Shown in pieces: positions 56,342-64,000 of a stretch of DNA of 64,000 nt. Numbering within the stretch: position 1 is the stretch's first letter; every line of letters begins with the position of its first letter. Source of the DNA: an uncultured Omnitrophica bacterium (lineage in GTDB: Bacteria > Omnitrophota > Gorgyraeia > JACQQV01); contig CAMTXH010000010.1 in assembly GCA_947085655.1 (NCBI GenBank), positions 82,015 to 146,014 of the forward strand, given 5' to 3'. The notes under the pieces are model-generated. The model searched no databases, was not told the origin of the DNA, and saw only the letters and a program-made list of their open reading frames with translations. The translations under genes were made by a program, and so were the position numbers.

Positions 56342-59300
56342 TTAATCGACCGCGGCGATCGCGATCGCTCCAAAGGCGACTTTGAAGAAGAAGTCGGCCG
56401 TTTCTTTGACAAAATTAAACCTCGCGGACTTGTACCGGAACGCTTCCGGAACCACGATGGTGTCTCCCCGTTCCACCTTTTTGAGCCGGATAAACTGGCT
56501 GTAGGCCTCGCCATTGGCCTTGACGAGATAAATCCTCTTCTCGTCTGCGCCTTTGGTCAGGTCACCCGCTTTGCGGAGATAAAACTCGACATTTTTGCCC
56601 TCCGCAAAGGAGACGGCCGTGGGATTGTAGACATTCCCGACCACGAGAACAGAAGAGGGGACCGGTGGAACCTTAAGAGAATCCCCGTCTTCAAGAACAA
56701 AATCATCCGGTGTCCCTTCGAGTTGATCAGGTTCGGCGAGCTTGACGATCATCCTTCCCAAATATTCTTTATTCTTGATCTGTTCCATGAGTCTCTCGTG
56801 ATATTGAGCAAGATCCATCCTGGACTGTTTTTGTCCAGGATCAAACCCCGCTCCCAGCGAGGCCACTTCCTGAAGGAGCGCCAATTGCTCCGACTCAAGG
56901 AAAAGCTTCGCCCGTTCCTTCTCTTCCTTCCGCAACGACTCGCGGGTAAAGACAGTCCCCTTCAGAAAGGCCTGATCCGTAAAACCGCCGGCGCGCTGAA
57001 TGACGGAGCTGAGTCGCTCGCCCTGGCGGATGACGTACTCTCCGGGATAAAGAAACTCGCCGGAAAGTGTCACGGTTGCCGGCTGACGATCCAAATGGGA
57101 TTGGTGGATAAAGAGGCGGTCTCCTTCTGAGAGGTAAAGATCCTTCTCGGCCGCGGTGCCTTCAAGAATTCCCCGGACGTCCAGGGGAATCATGGTGAGG
57201 GAAGTCTCTCCCGGTTTGAGGCGGAAAAGTTCCGCATTCTCCAAAGCGGCCGTCGGCTTGAATCCTCCCGCGCGGAAGAGAAGGTCGCTCAACCGCATTT
57301 GATCCGTCAGTTCATATTTTCCTTCTTGGCGGACCGCCCCGTGGATTTCGACAAACGGGGTCATCACCACGTCACTTCTCGAATAGATTCTCACAATATC
57401 CCATTCCTCCAAGAGGATATTCTGGGAGGGTTCTCCCCGAATGGCGTCTCCGAGATTCACCCGGATGATCCTGCGCATGTTGTCCGCTTGAAAACGGGAG
57501 ACGTCGGCCCGGTCAAAATAGGTCCCTTTCCGAAGACCCCCTCCTTTTTCGATCAGATCTAAAATCCGCATTTGTCCCTTCAACTCATAGTCTCCGGGGC
57601 GAACGACATTGCCTGCGAGTGAGATATACTGATGCCGTCCCGGCGAAATAGGCGAAATCAGCACCAGATCCCCATCCCAAAGCCGGACTTCGTCCCCCAA
57701 ACGCGCCAGTTCACGCGACCCCTTAAATTCAAGATCGAGTACCACCTTTCTTTCCCGGTCTTGGACCCGTTCGATTTGGATCCTCTGAAGATATCCGATC
57801 GCGGTGGGGCCGCCTGCCATCTCCACCAGTTCGTCGAGATGAATCGAAGAGGTCACTTCATAAATGGCAGGACGTTTAACGCTTCCGGCAATGCCGATCA
57901 CCTCGCCGATGGGCGGAACCAGAATCGTGTCATTCGCCTCCAAGGGGATATCACCCTCCTTCTCGCCTTTCAAAAGGAGTTTGTAAAGATCGAAGGTCGA
58001 CTCCTCGTGACCTTCCCGCAACAGTTTGATCCCTCGCAACGTTCCCAATTTCGTCGGGCCCCCGGCTGCATAGAGCGCATGAAACGCGGTAGATTGTGGG
58101 TTGAGAAGGTAAGCCCCCGGCCGTTTCACCTCTCCCAGAACAAAGATCCGGATCGTGCGGAGTCTTCCCATCGTGATACTGAGATTGACATTCGAGTAGT
58201 GTTCGGTGAGACTCTTCTTGAGGAGTTCTTCCGCCTCTCCGAACGTCAATCCCCAAACATAAACGGGCCCGACCTTGGGCAAGAGGATTTTTCCATCCCG
58301 ATCCACGGTCACCGGAAAGGTTCCCTGCATGGCACCCCACATGCTGACGACAATGGTATCCTCCGGGCCCAACACATAATCGGAAGCAACCGGGACGCTC
58401 GATGCCCCCGCACTAAAGGTGTCGAGACTGTCAAAGCTGGATTGGGGGACCTGTTTTCCCATTTCACCCCCGAGGAGAGACCCGGTCAACTGCGAAAAAA
58501 CATTGGAAAAGGAAGAACCCCTCCCGAGAGCCCCTTCCTGTCTGAGAAAGGGTGATGTCAGTTTCTGTGATTCCGGAAAAATATCGTAGCCAAACTGCCG
58601 GATATTCCGGGGGATGCCCAGCGAGATTTCCTCCGAAAACATCATTTCGATGCGGGATAATTCCAGAGGCCGGGTCTCCGGCGCGCGGGCACCGCCGAGC
58701 AGCGCCTCTTCTCCCCGGGGTCCTTGGGGAATCCCTGCCTGTCTGACAATATTTTCCGCCGCAGACTCAAACGCCTCGCCCGTAAAAGGCGAGAACAGTT
58801 TCATTTGCTCCAAGGGATCGACCATGGCCTTGAAGAAGCGTCCATCGGTGGGACTTCTGAAGGTGGTCATGCTGAAGTTTTCACGCAGTTCATCCATCGT
58901 CAGTTGATTCACGCTCAACCGGAATTCGGTGCCGTCATAAGGGCAGCGGAGTATCTGTCCCCCTTCCCCACTTAAAAGGGCGCCGATCTCCAATTCCGCT
59001 TTGAAGATTTTCCCGTCCACGGGACAACGGACATCATAGACACCCTTCTCCGCTTTCTGCTTGAAGCCGGGCATCGGAGTATAAAATTCGTAACCGTCAT
59101 AAGGACAGGTAACCCGCATATTTCCCGCACGGAATGCCTCCTCTGATTTGTCCACTTCGATTTCAAACATCCTGCCGTCCCGCGGACAGGTCACTGTGGT
59201 GAACTCGACATCTTCCAGAGCTCTCCTGCCGAGTGCGTCCGTGACCCTCTGCTGAGGAAGTTTCGGTAATAGACCCTCCTGCGCTTCCAGGGAAACACCG

Positions 59301-59386
59301 ATTTCTCCCAAAAGAAGGACTCCTATACTGAAAACGATTCCCAGACACCGTCTTGCAACAGCACTTTTCTGATTCCGGGCACTCAT
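56342..59386 (-). CDS. outer-membrane polysaccharide export protein (OPX/Wza family) with N-terminal 27-residue tandem repeats and multiple SLBB domains
   Basis: signal peptide MSARNQKSAVARRCLGIVFSIGVLLLG; Poly_export signature PVASDYVLGPEDTIVVSMWG near aa 333; repeated ...GD.L.I. SLBB-like units to aa 1014. Confidence 0.75.
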   Translation of the reverse strand: MSARNQKSAVARRCLGIVFSIGVLLLGEIGVSLEAQEGLLPKLPQQRVTDALGRRALEDVEFTTVTCPRDGRMFEIEVDKSEEAFRAGNMRVTCPYDGYEFYTPMPGFKQKAEKGVYDVRCPVDGKIFKAELEIGALLSGEGGQILRCPYDGTEFRLSVNQLTMDELRENFSMTTFRSPTDGRFFKAMVDPLEQMKLFSPFTGEAFESAAENIVRQAGIPQGPRGEEALLGGARAPETRPLELSRIEMMFSEEISLGIPRNIRQFGYDIFPESQKLTSPFLRQEGALGRGSSFSNVFSQLTGSLLGGEMGKQVPQSSFDSLDTFSAGASSVPVASDYVLGPEDTIVVSMWGAMQGTFPVTVDRDGKILLPKVGPVYVWGLTFGEAEELLKKSLTEHYSNVNLSITMGRLRTIRIFVLGEVKRPGAYLLNPQSTAFHALYAAGGPTKLGTLRGIKLLREGHEESTFDLYKLLLKGEKEGDIPLEANDTILVPPIGEVIGIAGSVKRPAIYEVTSSIHLDELVEMAGGPTAIGYLQRIQIERVQDRERKVVLDLEFKGSRELARLGDEVRLWDGDLVLISPISPGRHQYISLAGNVVRPGDYELKGQMRILDLIEKGGGLRKGTYFDRADVSRFQADNMRRIIRVNLGDAIRGEPSQNILLEEWDIVRIYSRSDVVMTPFVEIHGAVRQEGKYELTDQMRLSDLLFRAGGFKPTAALENAELFRLKPGETSLTMIPLDVRGILEGTAAEKDLYLSEGDRLFIHQSHLDRQPATVTLSGEFLYPGEYVIRQGERLSSVIQRAGGFTDQAFLKGTVFTRESLRKEEKERAKLFLESEQLALLQEVASLGAGFDPGQKQSRMDLAQYHERLMEQIKNKEYLGRMIVKLAEPDQLEGTPDDFVLEDGDSLKVPPVPSSVLVVGNVYNPTAVSFAEGKNVEFYLRKAGDLTKGADEKRIYLVKANGEAYSQFIRLKKVERGDTIVVPEAFRYKSARFNFVKETADFFFKVAFGAIAIAAVD

Positions 59387-59413
59387 GTCCTTTCCTCCTT
59401 CTTTTTGTTTGAG

Positions 59414-61051
59414 TTAAAAACGAAACACAGTTTTCAGGGAAAAGATGTGGTTGTGGGAATCGATACCCGTGGATCCCCTAAAATTGTTGACATCCTCAAA
59501 TTGATAAGCAAAAATCAAATCCACTTTGTCCGAGAATTCATACAGAAAATCCACTTGGACCTCGTTTTTGGCCAGGGCCGATTGTCCGAACTGAAGCGCT
59601 TCTCCCGAAATACCCCGGCGCTCCCGGTCAAACTGAAACCCCGCTACAACCCGCTTCCCCAGGACGTCAAAGACCTGACTCAATCGGAAAAAGAAATCAT
59701 CCGAATCCGGTCCCGCATGGTGTCCGAGAAATTCGTTCTTGAAACGGTGTCCCGAGGTATGAACAAAATGCTCATAGGCGTTTTTATGGACTCTCACCCC
59801 CTCAAAACGGAAATCAAGACCTGGCCAGGAGAAAAGGTCTGTGATCAGGAAGCCGCCCAGATAACTCACAAACTCGGGAATATAAATCCCTTTTGTGTCC
59901 TCGCCGAAGAACTCGCCGTACAGTTCAAGGCCGCTTCCCACTTTGATCCACCTGGCCAACTCAGCAAGAAAAATCCGAAGATCCGCACCAAAAAGATGAT
60001 TCGCTCTCTCCTCGGTCGCACCCCCCTCGGTGGGATCGAGGGCATTCAAAAAATCAATGAAGCCCTCCTCTTCGCCTTCGCCGCCGAAGAGAGCCAGATG
60101 GGAAGCCCCCACCACCAGACGTCGTGTCGGAGACCACTCAAACCGGGTTCCCGTCAGAAAAGACTCCTTCACGGTCCGTTTTTCCTCAAGCCGCGCTCCG
60201 ATGAGCTGGGCCTCCCATTTTCCGAGCTTCTCCAGCTTCCATGGAAGCCGAAAACCCCGCAGGGTCCTCAGGGAAAAGGCCCGAAGGGGTCGGGGGTTGT
60301 TCGTCAACAGAAGGTCTCCGTGGTACCCGGGACCCCACCAGAAATTCAGAAGCCCCCCTTTCAACTCCAGATTCCAGTAGGCCAGTTTGGCCGACGCCTC
60401 TTCCAGATCCAGATCAATGTCCGAATCCTCCTCGCTCCCCCGAAGACCCGGATTGAATGTCGCCGCAAACCAATCCCCCAGACTGAGCCAGGACGGGAGC
60501 GTCCCTCTTCCGTTGAAGCCGTCTTTGAGCCGAAGGCCTTGAGAATTCTCAATGAGGGAGGTGCTGTTCTGGCGATCAAATGAGGTCAGAAATTTTTCAC
60601 CCACCAGCATCGTCCCGAACATCGCTTCCTTCCACTGAAACGGCTGGCCCGGCCTGCGGGCCTCACCCCTCTCCCCCGCTTCCGCGACGCCGAGAGCGCG
60701 AAGTTCCGGAGCAAACGTCTCGGAAAGGCGGAGGAGATCCTCTTCGATCTGATAGGCCATCTCCGATGAGAGGTTCAGGTCTTTCTCTTCGATGGTTTGA
60801 ATCGCTTCCGCGACCCGCCGGGCGACCCAGTCTCGTGTCGCAGGACGCAACCCCAAGCCAAGCCCCTCACACAGACCTCTCGCCGCCAGGCGCTCGACCG
60901 CTTCGATGCTCCAGTCGCGCACAGACAGGTCAACCGGCGCCGCCGAAGCCTCGGCACCAAACAGAAGAAGACCCAGAAGAAAAGACCAGCGGATGAAGGC
61001 GCAAGGATGTCGAAAGATCAAGAGATCTCCTTTGCCAAAGAACGAAACCAC
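59414..61051 (-). CDS. putative outer-membrane beta-barrel protein (Wzi-like or OPX partner)
   Basis: N-terminal signal-like hydrophobic stretch WSFLLGLLLFGAEASA; amphipathic alternating strands; C-terminus ...IFSLKTVFRF ending in Phe as in OMP beta-signal. Confidence 0.4.
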   Translation of the reverse strand: MVSFFGKGDLLIFRHPCAFIRWSFLLGLLLFGAEASAAPVDLSVRDWSIEAVERLAARGLCEGLGLGLRPATRDWVARRVAEAIQTIEEKDLNLSSEMAYQIEEDLLRLSETFAPELRALGVAEAGERGEARRPGQPFQWKEAMFGTMLVGEKFLTSFDRQNSTSLIENSQGLRLKDGFNGRGTLPSWLSLGDWFAATFNPGLRGSEEDSDIDLDLEEASAKLAYWNLELKGGLLNFWWGPGYHGDLLLTNNPRPLRAFSLRTLRGFRLPWKLEKLGKWEAQLIGARLEEKRTVKESFLTGTRFEWSPTRRLVVGASHLALFGGEGEEEGFIDFLNALDPTEGGATEERANHLFGADLRIFLAELARWIKVGSGLELYGEFFGEDTKGIYIPEFVSYLGGFLITDLFSWPGLDFRFEGVRVHKNAYEHFVHTSGHRFKNEFLGHHAGPDSDDFFFRLSQVFDVLGKRVVAGFQFDRERRGISGEALQFGQSALAKNEVQVDFLYEFSDKVDLIFAYQFEDVNNFRGSTGIDSHNHIFSLKTVFRF

Positions 61052-61965
61052 TCCACGGTCCGCCGGAGTCCCTCCTCAAAGTGAACCGGCGTATTGCATT
61101 TGAGAAGACGCGTTGCCTTGGAGACATCCGCCAGGGTCTTTCGGACATCCCCCCGGCGTGCCGGCCCGAATTTGGGAGAAACTTTTTTGCGCAAAATTTG
61201 GTTGACCGTCTCGAGAACGTCCAGAACACTCCGCCCTTCCCCGCAAGCGATATTGAAAACCTCACCCGAGACATTCGGTTGAACCGCTGCCTGCAAATTG
61301 GCCTCAACGACATTGTCGATATAGGTGAAATCGCGCGATTGTCTTCCATCTCCATCCACGGTCGGAGATTCATTTTCAAGAATTTTCAGGATGAATTTTG
61401 GGATCACGGCGGCATATTCCGACGCCGGGTCCTGACGGGGGCCGAAGACGTTGAAATAGCGGAGACTGACCGTCTCAAGCCCATAGGCGTGGGTAAAGAG
61501 TTTACAATAGATTTCACCGGCAACCTTTGAAGCGGCGTAAGGAGAGAGAGGATTGAGGGGAAGATATTCCGTTTCGGGAAAATGGTCCGTATTCCCGTAG
61601 ACGGAACTCGATGAAGCAAAGACGACGCGTTTGACCTTTGCTTCGACGGCGGCCAGCAGAACCTGAAGGGTGCCGCCGACATTGACGTCGTTCGTCTCCG
61701 CCGGGTTGTCAAAGGATTTGGGAACCGAGCGGAGGGCGGCCTGATGGAAAACGACATCGACCCCCTTGAGGGCCCTGCTCAGGCATTCCGGGTCACGGAT
61801 GTCTCCTTCGACCAGCTCAAGGGAATCGCTTATGCCTTCCAGGTTCTCACGGCGGCCCTCAACAAAGTTGTCCAGAACCCGCACCCGCTCTCCCCGGCCA
61901 ACAAGTGCTCTGGCAATATGAGAACCGATAAACCCAGCGCCACCCGTGACTAGTTTAACGCCCAT
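61018..61965 (-). CDS. NAD-dependent nucleotide-sugar 4-epimerase (extended SDR, WbpP/CapD-like)
   Basis: KLVTGGAGFIGSHIA, YAASK catalytic motif; first gene after the intergenic promoter region. Confidence 0.8.
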   Translation of the reverse strand: MGVKLVTGGAGFIGSHIARALVGRGERVRVLDNFVEGRRENLEGISDSLELVEGDIRDPECLSRALKGVDVVFHQAALRSVPKSFDNPAETNDVNVGGTLQVLLAAVEAKVKRVVFASSSSVYGNTDHFPETEYLPLNPLSPYAASKVAGEIYCKLFTHAYGLETVSLRYFNVFGPRQDPASEYAAVIPKFILKILENESPTVDGDGRQSRDFTYIDNVVEANLQAAVQPNVSGEVFNIACGEGRSVLDVLETVNQILRKKVSPKFGPARRGDVRKTLADVSKATRLLKCNTPVHFEEGLRRTVEWFRSLAKEIS

Positions 61966-62144
61966 CCACCCCCATAGCCTTCTGTTGCGGTACGGTAGCG
62001 AATTGAAATGTGAACTTTAGACTTTTCCCTAATCCATTATAGGGATGAGAGTTATGTAATTACGGCTGAGCTTTTTGGAGAAACCGAACCCTTCTTAATG
62101 GGCACCCAATCGGAGCAGAAAAAAGCCTGACAAACGCGATAATC

Positions 62145-62173
62145 ATCTTATAAAGTGGATATCTGTTTGTCAA
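62145..62173 (-). promoter_or_regulatory. candidate sigma70-like promoter for the minus-strand cluster (TTGACA-17 nt-TAAGAT read on minus strand)
   Basis: plus-strand tgtcaa at 62168-62173 and atctta at 62145-62150, 17-nt spacer, within the only AT-rich non-coding region (61966-62382), about 180 nt upstream of first gene. Confidence 0.3.
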
Positions 62174-62382
62174 TATTTATCTTCGGGAGTAAATGTTTTC
62201 TAAATTACCCCCGAGATGTTACAATAATTCTCATGAAATATTGCTACATTCCAACTCGCCGTTGACCGGGTTCCGCTTGTCCTGGGAGCATTGAGTCCAC
62301 GGGGTCTCTTTACAGAGACGCCCAATTTATTTAAAATGGTTTGCCTTTGCCATCGGATCCATTGAGGGGGGATGTCAGGTAG

Positions 62383-63246
62383 ATGAAATTGGTCGTTCAC
62401 GCGGATGACTTCGGGCTCACCCGGGAAACAACAGAGGGGGTCTTAGAGGCCTTTGACCACGGTGCGCTGACCAGCACCAGCATTGTGGCAAACGGAACTT
62501 TTTTTGATGAGGCGATGGAGGAATACCTTAAGAGGAAAAATTTCAGACTCGCCATTCACCTGAATCTGGCTGAGGGAAAACCTGTCTCCGCCCCAAACCG
62601 CATCCCGTTACTCGTGAATACACAAGGAGAGCTTTCCCGAACATTTTTGGGCTTGTGGAAAAATTTTATGCTGAGCAGTCCAGAGGAACGCCTTCAGTTA
62701 AAGCAACAGGTGAAACATGAATTATCGGCCCAAATTCTCAAAGTCAAAAAATGGACGGGGGGACAACCCATAGAGGCTGATGGGCATCTGCATTACCATA
62801 TGATCCCTTTTATCTTTGATGCGCTGGTGGAGCTCAAAAACGAGTTGAATATTTCTTACATTCGTCTGCCCTATGAAAAATTTTTCTTTTGTCTGGATTC
62901 GGTTAAATGCCTCAAGAACTATTTCGGACCCAATATGATCAAGCACATCTTGCTGAATCGCTTGAGCCGGGAAGGAAAAAAAGTGCTGGACCGGCATGGC
63001 ATCCGGCATTGTGACTTTTTTATCGGTGTTTTATTTACCGGCAATATGTCGGAGTCGATCGTGAGATCCGCACTGAGCCGTCTTTCACCCCAGGAAAAGG
63101 AGCCTGCGACGATCGAGGTACTTTTTCATCCGCACAAATCGGGTCGGGAAAAGCGGTCGTTGAAAGAACTCGCGGAGCTGAAAAAGGAAACATTCAAAAA
63201 CTTGGTGGGGGAGTGTGTCAAAAATGCGGCTTTTTCTCGTCATTGA
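62383..63246 (+). CDS. YdjC/ChbG/HpnK-family carbohydrate deacetylase
   Basis: MKLVVHADDFGLTRETTEGVLEAFDHGALTSTSIVANG N-terminal YdjC signature. Confidence 0.75.
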   Translation: MKLVVHADDFGLTRETTEGVLEAFDHGALTSTSIVANGTFFDEAMEEYLKRKNFRLAIHLNLAEGKPVSAPNRIPLLVNTQGELSRTFLGLWKNFMLSSPEERLQLKQQVKHELSAQILKVKKWTGGQPIEADGHLHYHMIPFIFDALVELKNELNISYIRLPYEKFFFCLDSVKCLKNYFGPNMIKHILLNRLSREGKKVLDRHGIRHCDFFIGVLFTGNMSESIVRSALSRLSPQEKEPATIEVLFHPHKSGREKRSLKELAELKKETFKNLVGECVKNAAFSRH

Positions 63247-64000
63247 CGAAACGAGATTTTTTCATCCTGATTTCTCGGCCAGGTTGATCGAAAAAACGCT
63301 TGACGACGTCGTGGGAGCCGCTTTGGTCACAAAGGTGCTGCCCAAAAATAATATCACCCGCTACTTAAGGAAACATTGGTATTATTTGAAAGTGCCGGAA
63401 ATTTTAAAACTTGTCTATCAAAATGGCAGGATGGGTGTTCAAGACCGTCTCTCAAAGAAAATGAGAGGGGGGCACTTCCATTCCGTCAGATCTGTCCTTC
63501 GGTTTTTCGACGTCGATTTCATTGAGGTGGAATACAATATCAACCAGGACCGTTACTTAAAGTTCATTGAAGAAAAAAAACCGGATGTCATCCTTTCTTC
63601 GAATTCCTTATATTTCGGCGATGTGCTATTGCGCATTCCGGCGTTCGGATGCATCAACCGCCATTCTGCGCTGCTGCCTTCCTATGGGGGGTTGCTGCCG
63701 GTCTTCCAGGCCTTTCGCAGCGGCGAGAAATATACCGGCGTCACGGTCCACAAGATGGAAAAGCGACAGGATAGGGGGCCCATCCTCGCACAACGCAAAA
63801 TTGAGATAAGCGGGAGTGCGACGGTTTTTGATTTATACAAGAGATGTTTCGAAATGAGTCCGGATGTGGTGTTGGAGGCCCTGGAAAAGATAAGGAAAAA
63901 TCAGGCCACCTGTGCCTCAGAGAATGTCCAAGAGTCCTACTTCTCCTTCCCTTCGGAGGAACATTGGAATGAATTTAGACAGCGAAAAGGCCGACTTATT
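63224..64000 (+). CDS. formyltransferase-domain protein (Fmt/ArnA-N/sugar N-formyltransferase family), 3' end beyond window
   Basis: manual translation from ATG 63224-63226 open to window end: ...NRHSALLPSYGGLLPVFQAFRSGEKYTGVTVHKME...; HxSLLPxxxG and downstream Asp-containing segment are the catalytic hallmarks of formyl_transf_N; not in ORF track because open-ended. Confidence 0.6.
   Translation, partial: MRLFLVIDETRFFHPDFSARLIEKTLDDVVGAALVTKVLPKNNITRYLRKHWYYLKVPEILKLVYQNGRMGVQDRLSKKMRGGHFHSVRSVLRFFDVDFIEVEYNINQDRYLKFIEEKKPDVILSSNSLYFGDVLLRIPAFGCINRHSALLPSYGGLLPVFQAFRSGEKYTGVTVHKMEKRQDRGPILAQRKIEISGSATVFDLYKRCFEMSPDVVLEALEKIRKNQATCASENVQESYFSFPSEEHWNEFRQRKGRLI

Noticed and set aside
59405-60583. 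392-aa plus-strand ORF antisense to the beta-barrel gene
   Set aside because: It lies entirely inside the minus-strand ORF, which has a signal peptide and OMP-type C-terminal Phe and fits the operon direction. The plus ORF becomes Pro/Gly/Lys/Arg-rich low-complexity after about 100 aa, typical of antisense frames in GC-rich DNA.
62304-62319. Small hairpin gtctct-ttac-agagac followed by T-rich stretch, considered as a terminator or sRNA element
   Set aside because: The stem is only 6 bp with 50 percent GC. It lies upstream, not downstream, of the plus-strand gene, and no flanking conserved structure is visible. It is kept only as a note under the regulatory region.
1-64000. Searched for CRISPR arrays, tRNA/rRNA genes, transposases/integrases and large DNA-level direct repeats
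   Set aside because: No CRISPR-like repeat-spacer periodicity was seen. No cloverleaf-like or rRNA-like conserved stretches were seen. No ORF had DDE transposase or tyrosine recombinase motifs. The protein-level 27-aa repeats in the OPX gene are reported as a finding, not as a DNA repeat element.

Overview
The window is almost entirely one very large, co-directional glycan (LPS/O-antigen/capsule-type) biosynthesis supercluster. About 53 genes lie on the minus strand from position 1 to about 61965, packed tightly with many 4-nt ATGA start/stop overlaps. A single AT-rich divergent regulatory region sits at 61966-62382, followed by two plus-strand genes: a YdjC-family deacetylase and a partial formyltransferase. 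Hallmarks of a diderm Wzx/Wzy-type pathway are present: a WecA-like initiating transferase, a Wzx flippase plus a MurJ-like flippase, a Wzy/O-antigen-ligase-like protein, a Wzz-like co-polymerase, a 1014-aa Wza-like OPX exporter and an outer-membrane beta-barrel. There are also at least 6 GT4 and 5 GT2 glycosyltransferases and 4-6 GT-C (ArnT/PMT/DUF2723-like) membrane glycosyltransferases paired with DPM1-like polyprenyl-phosphate sugar synthases. Sugar-precursor modules are present for dTDP-sugar (rmlA partial, rmlC-like), Kdo (kdsC-kdsB-waaA) and a Neu/Kdn-like nonulosonate branch (NeuB-like, KdsC-like phosphatase, NeuA-like). Further precursor modules are a WbpB/WbpD-like oxidoreductase/acetyltransferase pair, two AsnB-like amidotransferases and two SDR epimerases. 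Unusual content includes a genuine-looking CmoA (carboxy-SAM synthase) homologue translationally coupled to a divergent methyltransferase-fold partner in the middle of the operon. It also includes two radical SAM enzymes (one SPASM, one B12-binding), two Zn-ribbon methyltransferases, a nitroreductase and several domain fusions. A paralogous pair of uncharacterised proteins and a 27-residue CPxDG tandem repeat at the N-terminus of the OPX exporter are further oddities. No rRNA, tRNA, CRISPR or mobile-element genes were detected. The ORF track uses alternative start codons (verified TTG at 41817-41819, GTG at 29308-29310), so several ORF starts were trimmed to the most plausible internal start. 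Two open-ended genes at the window edges are absent from the track and were found by manual translation.
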